Source: Amoebidium appalachense
Lineage: Eukaryota; Protista; Ichthyosporea
Reading direction: 5' to 3'
Assembly (NCBI GenBank): GCA_963693365.1
Contig: CAVNZM010000011.1
Span: 2,771,098 to 2,835,097, forward strand
DNA length: 64,000 nucleotides
The notes under the pieces are model-generated. The model saw nothing but the letters and a program-made list of their open reading frames with translations. It was not told the DNA's origin and searched no databases. The number at the start of each line of letters is the position of its first letter. The stretch's first letter is position 1. The position numbers and the translations under genes are program-made. Below, piece after piece: positions 62,019-64,000 of this stretch.

Positions 62019-63034
62019 GTTTTTGCATAATTACTGACGTGTGACACAGACATTTTGCTTCGTTTATTTTATTTTATTTTATTTTATTTTATTTTTTGGG
62101 GGGGAGGGGGAGGATGGAGGGGGAAGGGGGGGGGGGGGGGGGATGGGGGATGTGTTGAGACGAGGGGGGAAGGGGGAGGGGAGGGGGATGGGGGATTGGG
62201 GATGGGGGCGTAATATGGACACAGCTCTGGATAGCTCGATCGTGGTGGGATGTGCCTAACATCTATTATTGTTATAATGCGCATTTTGACACAAAAGTCC
62301 ACTTGATACAGGGTGACTTAGATATCTGGTGTTTGGGGAAAGACATGCGCGAAAGCAACATGGTATAGGTGTGAGAAGCACACGCCCTGACACACACGCG
62401 CGCCCACGCTCGCACAAGCACACACACACAATCTTGCTCACTAACTTACATGTGATCATGCATACGAGGCACACACGGTGGCACACACGGACACGTGTAC
62501 ATACACACACACAGTATGGTACCGGGGGGGGGGGGGGGGAGGGGAGGGGGGAGGGGGAGGGGGGAGGGGGAGGGGGGGGTTGGCGCATCCCTATGTACTT
62601 GTATTACTATCTAATCCTTACTACTAGGGTAAACATTTGGGCTGCACATACTACTGTAATAGATGGTATCTAAACCGCTAAATATTTGGCATATATATGA
62701 ATATAAACGAGTAATAATCATCTCTCTCAGCACTAGCCTTGCGACTACAATATGTAAATACTGCGCAAAAGTAAATATGTAAGTGGAGAACAACCGTTTG
62801 CAGGCGAACTGAAATGTTCTCAGGACTATATGAGGTGGCATGTACAGATCTCTGCTGTGTGCCTGTGTGTGTCCTTATGAAGAAGTGGCGGGCCAATGCT
62901 TGCAAGGGTGCCCCTGGTAATGGCATGCGAACGTTTTTCTTTAGCTCTCTACCCGGCACTGCCTAAATTTTAGCAACCTGATGATGTCGATCTCAAGCAC
63001 ATTTATGTACACCAGGTGCGACTGTTGTTGTAAC

Positions 63035-63107
63035 GGCTCGATGGCTCAGATGGCAGAGCGTCTGCCTAGTAAGCAGAAGGTCCCGAGTTCGATTCTCGGT
63101 CGAGCCT
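63035..63107 (+). tRNA. tRNA-Thr(AGT), intronless
   Basis: Acceptor stem GGCTCGA/TCGAGCC with discriminator T; D arm GCTC/GAGC; anticodon arm TCTGC-CT AGT AA-GCAGA; T arm CCGAG-TTCGATT-CTCGG; 73 nt. Confidence 0.97.
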
Positions 63108-63108
63108 C

Positions 63109-63115
63109 TTTTTTT
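63109..63115 (+). terminator. Pol III terminator (T7)
   Basis: A run of 7 T starts 2 nt after the tRNA 3' end. Confidence 0.8.
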
Positions 63116-63426
63116 ACCCCCTGTTTCTCTCCTTTTTTTTCTTTTCTTTTCTTTTGTTTTTCTTCTCTCTCTTTTTGTTTTTTCCGTGCTTTCAAATTTT
63201 CAGTTCACGTTCCGTAGATGACATCTCAGCCCGCATCGGGCAACAGGTGCCTCGTTGCATGTCTGTGCTTGTACATGTACTGCCTTGGGCTACATCATCA
63301 CAACTAGCTTTTGTACGCATTATTTTTAAATAAATGTACATTCGAGCTCGTTCTATGCCGCAGAGCAGCTTGCCAATGATGCATGTTAACGACATTTGGG
63401 TGATAAATTATGTGTGTGTGTGCCAC

Positions 63427-63484
<58 letters not shown>

Positions 63485-63544
63485 CGCGCGAATATGGAGG
63501 TTGGGTGAGTGGGTAGATGATTGCGGTATGGTGGTACCGGAGGT

Positions 63545-63589
<45 letters not shown>

Positions 63590-63601
63590 CGTGTCCTTGT
63601 G

Positions 63602-63654
<53 letters not shown>

Positions 63655-64000
63655 CTGCTACTGTGTGCTACAAAATCATTATCTCGGACGAAATTTAATA
63701 ATAATTGTTGGCAGCCCAGCCCTGCTTGAGCACCGTATTACCTTGATGCCTTTCTTCGGTTATTGACAACAAGGGTGAGTTATATTTTCGTATTTCGCTA
63801 AAACAATACCAGGTGCTACATATAATATGTGTCTTTTGAATATTTCTACATCTTACATATTGCATAGGTTGAGAGCCATGATAACAATACTCCTTTGAAG
63901 CATTGTACGTGTTGCAACTACATATGGGGCCGAGTTTTGCAAGTACAACAAGCAGATTCGATTTTCGTAAACACAAGCCAAGATCTCAACTCTTCACGCC

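Noticed and set aside
63218-63775. Possible plus-strand exons after the tRNA, including an in-frame TGA read as selenocysteine
   Set aside because: All frames of the second candidate exon contain stops, there is no homology or SECIS evidence, and the window ends before it can be tested.

Overview
Intron-rich eukaryotic genomic DNA saturated with (CA/TG)n, (CT/AG)n and long C/G/A homopolymers. Almost every long ORF in the six-frame track is a repeat artefact. Gene content suggests an opisthokont, plausibly a unicellular holozoan (inference only). By joining exons by hand I can support seven protein-coding genes and one tRNA. The genes are GID4/Vid24 (minus strand, running off the left edge), a tandem-WW protein, a 17-exon CocE/NonD-type alpha/beta hydrolase, an intronless minus-strand orphan ORF, a small single-TM protein (possibly NDUFA4/B12D-like), a type I membrane protein with ShKT-like domains and 17-aa repeats, and an 18-exon attractin/MEGF8-family gene. 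The tRNA is Thr(AGT). The most unusual signal is splice-site architecture. Many frame-validated 3' splice sites have no U-rich polypyrimidine tract and sit directly on (CA)n, poly-C or even A30, behind long AG-free zones. Other leads are a triplicated branchpoint/acceptor, an unnamed dispersed hairpin-forming repeat, a 110-nt near-perfect hairpin, and candidate GC and GA donors. Homopolymer lengths are unreliable, and at least one apparent 1-nt assembly error is present.
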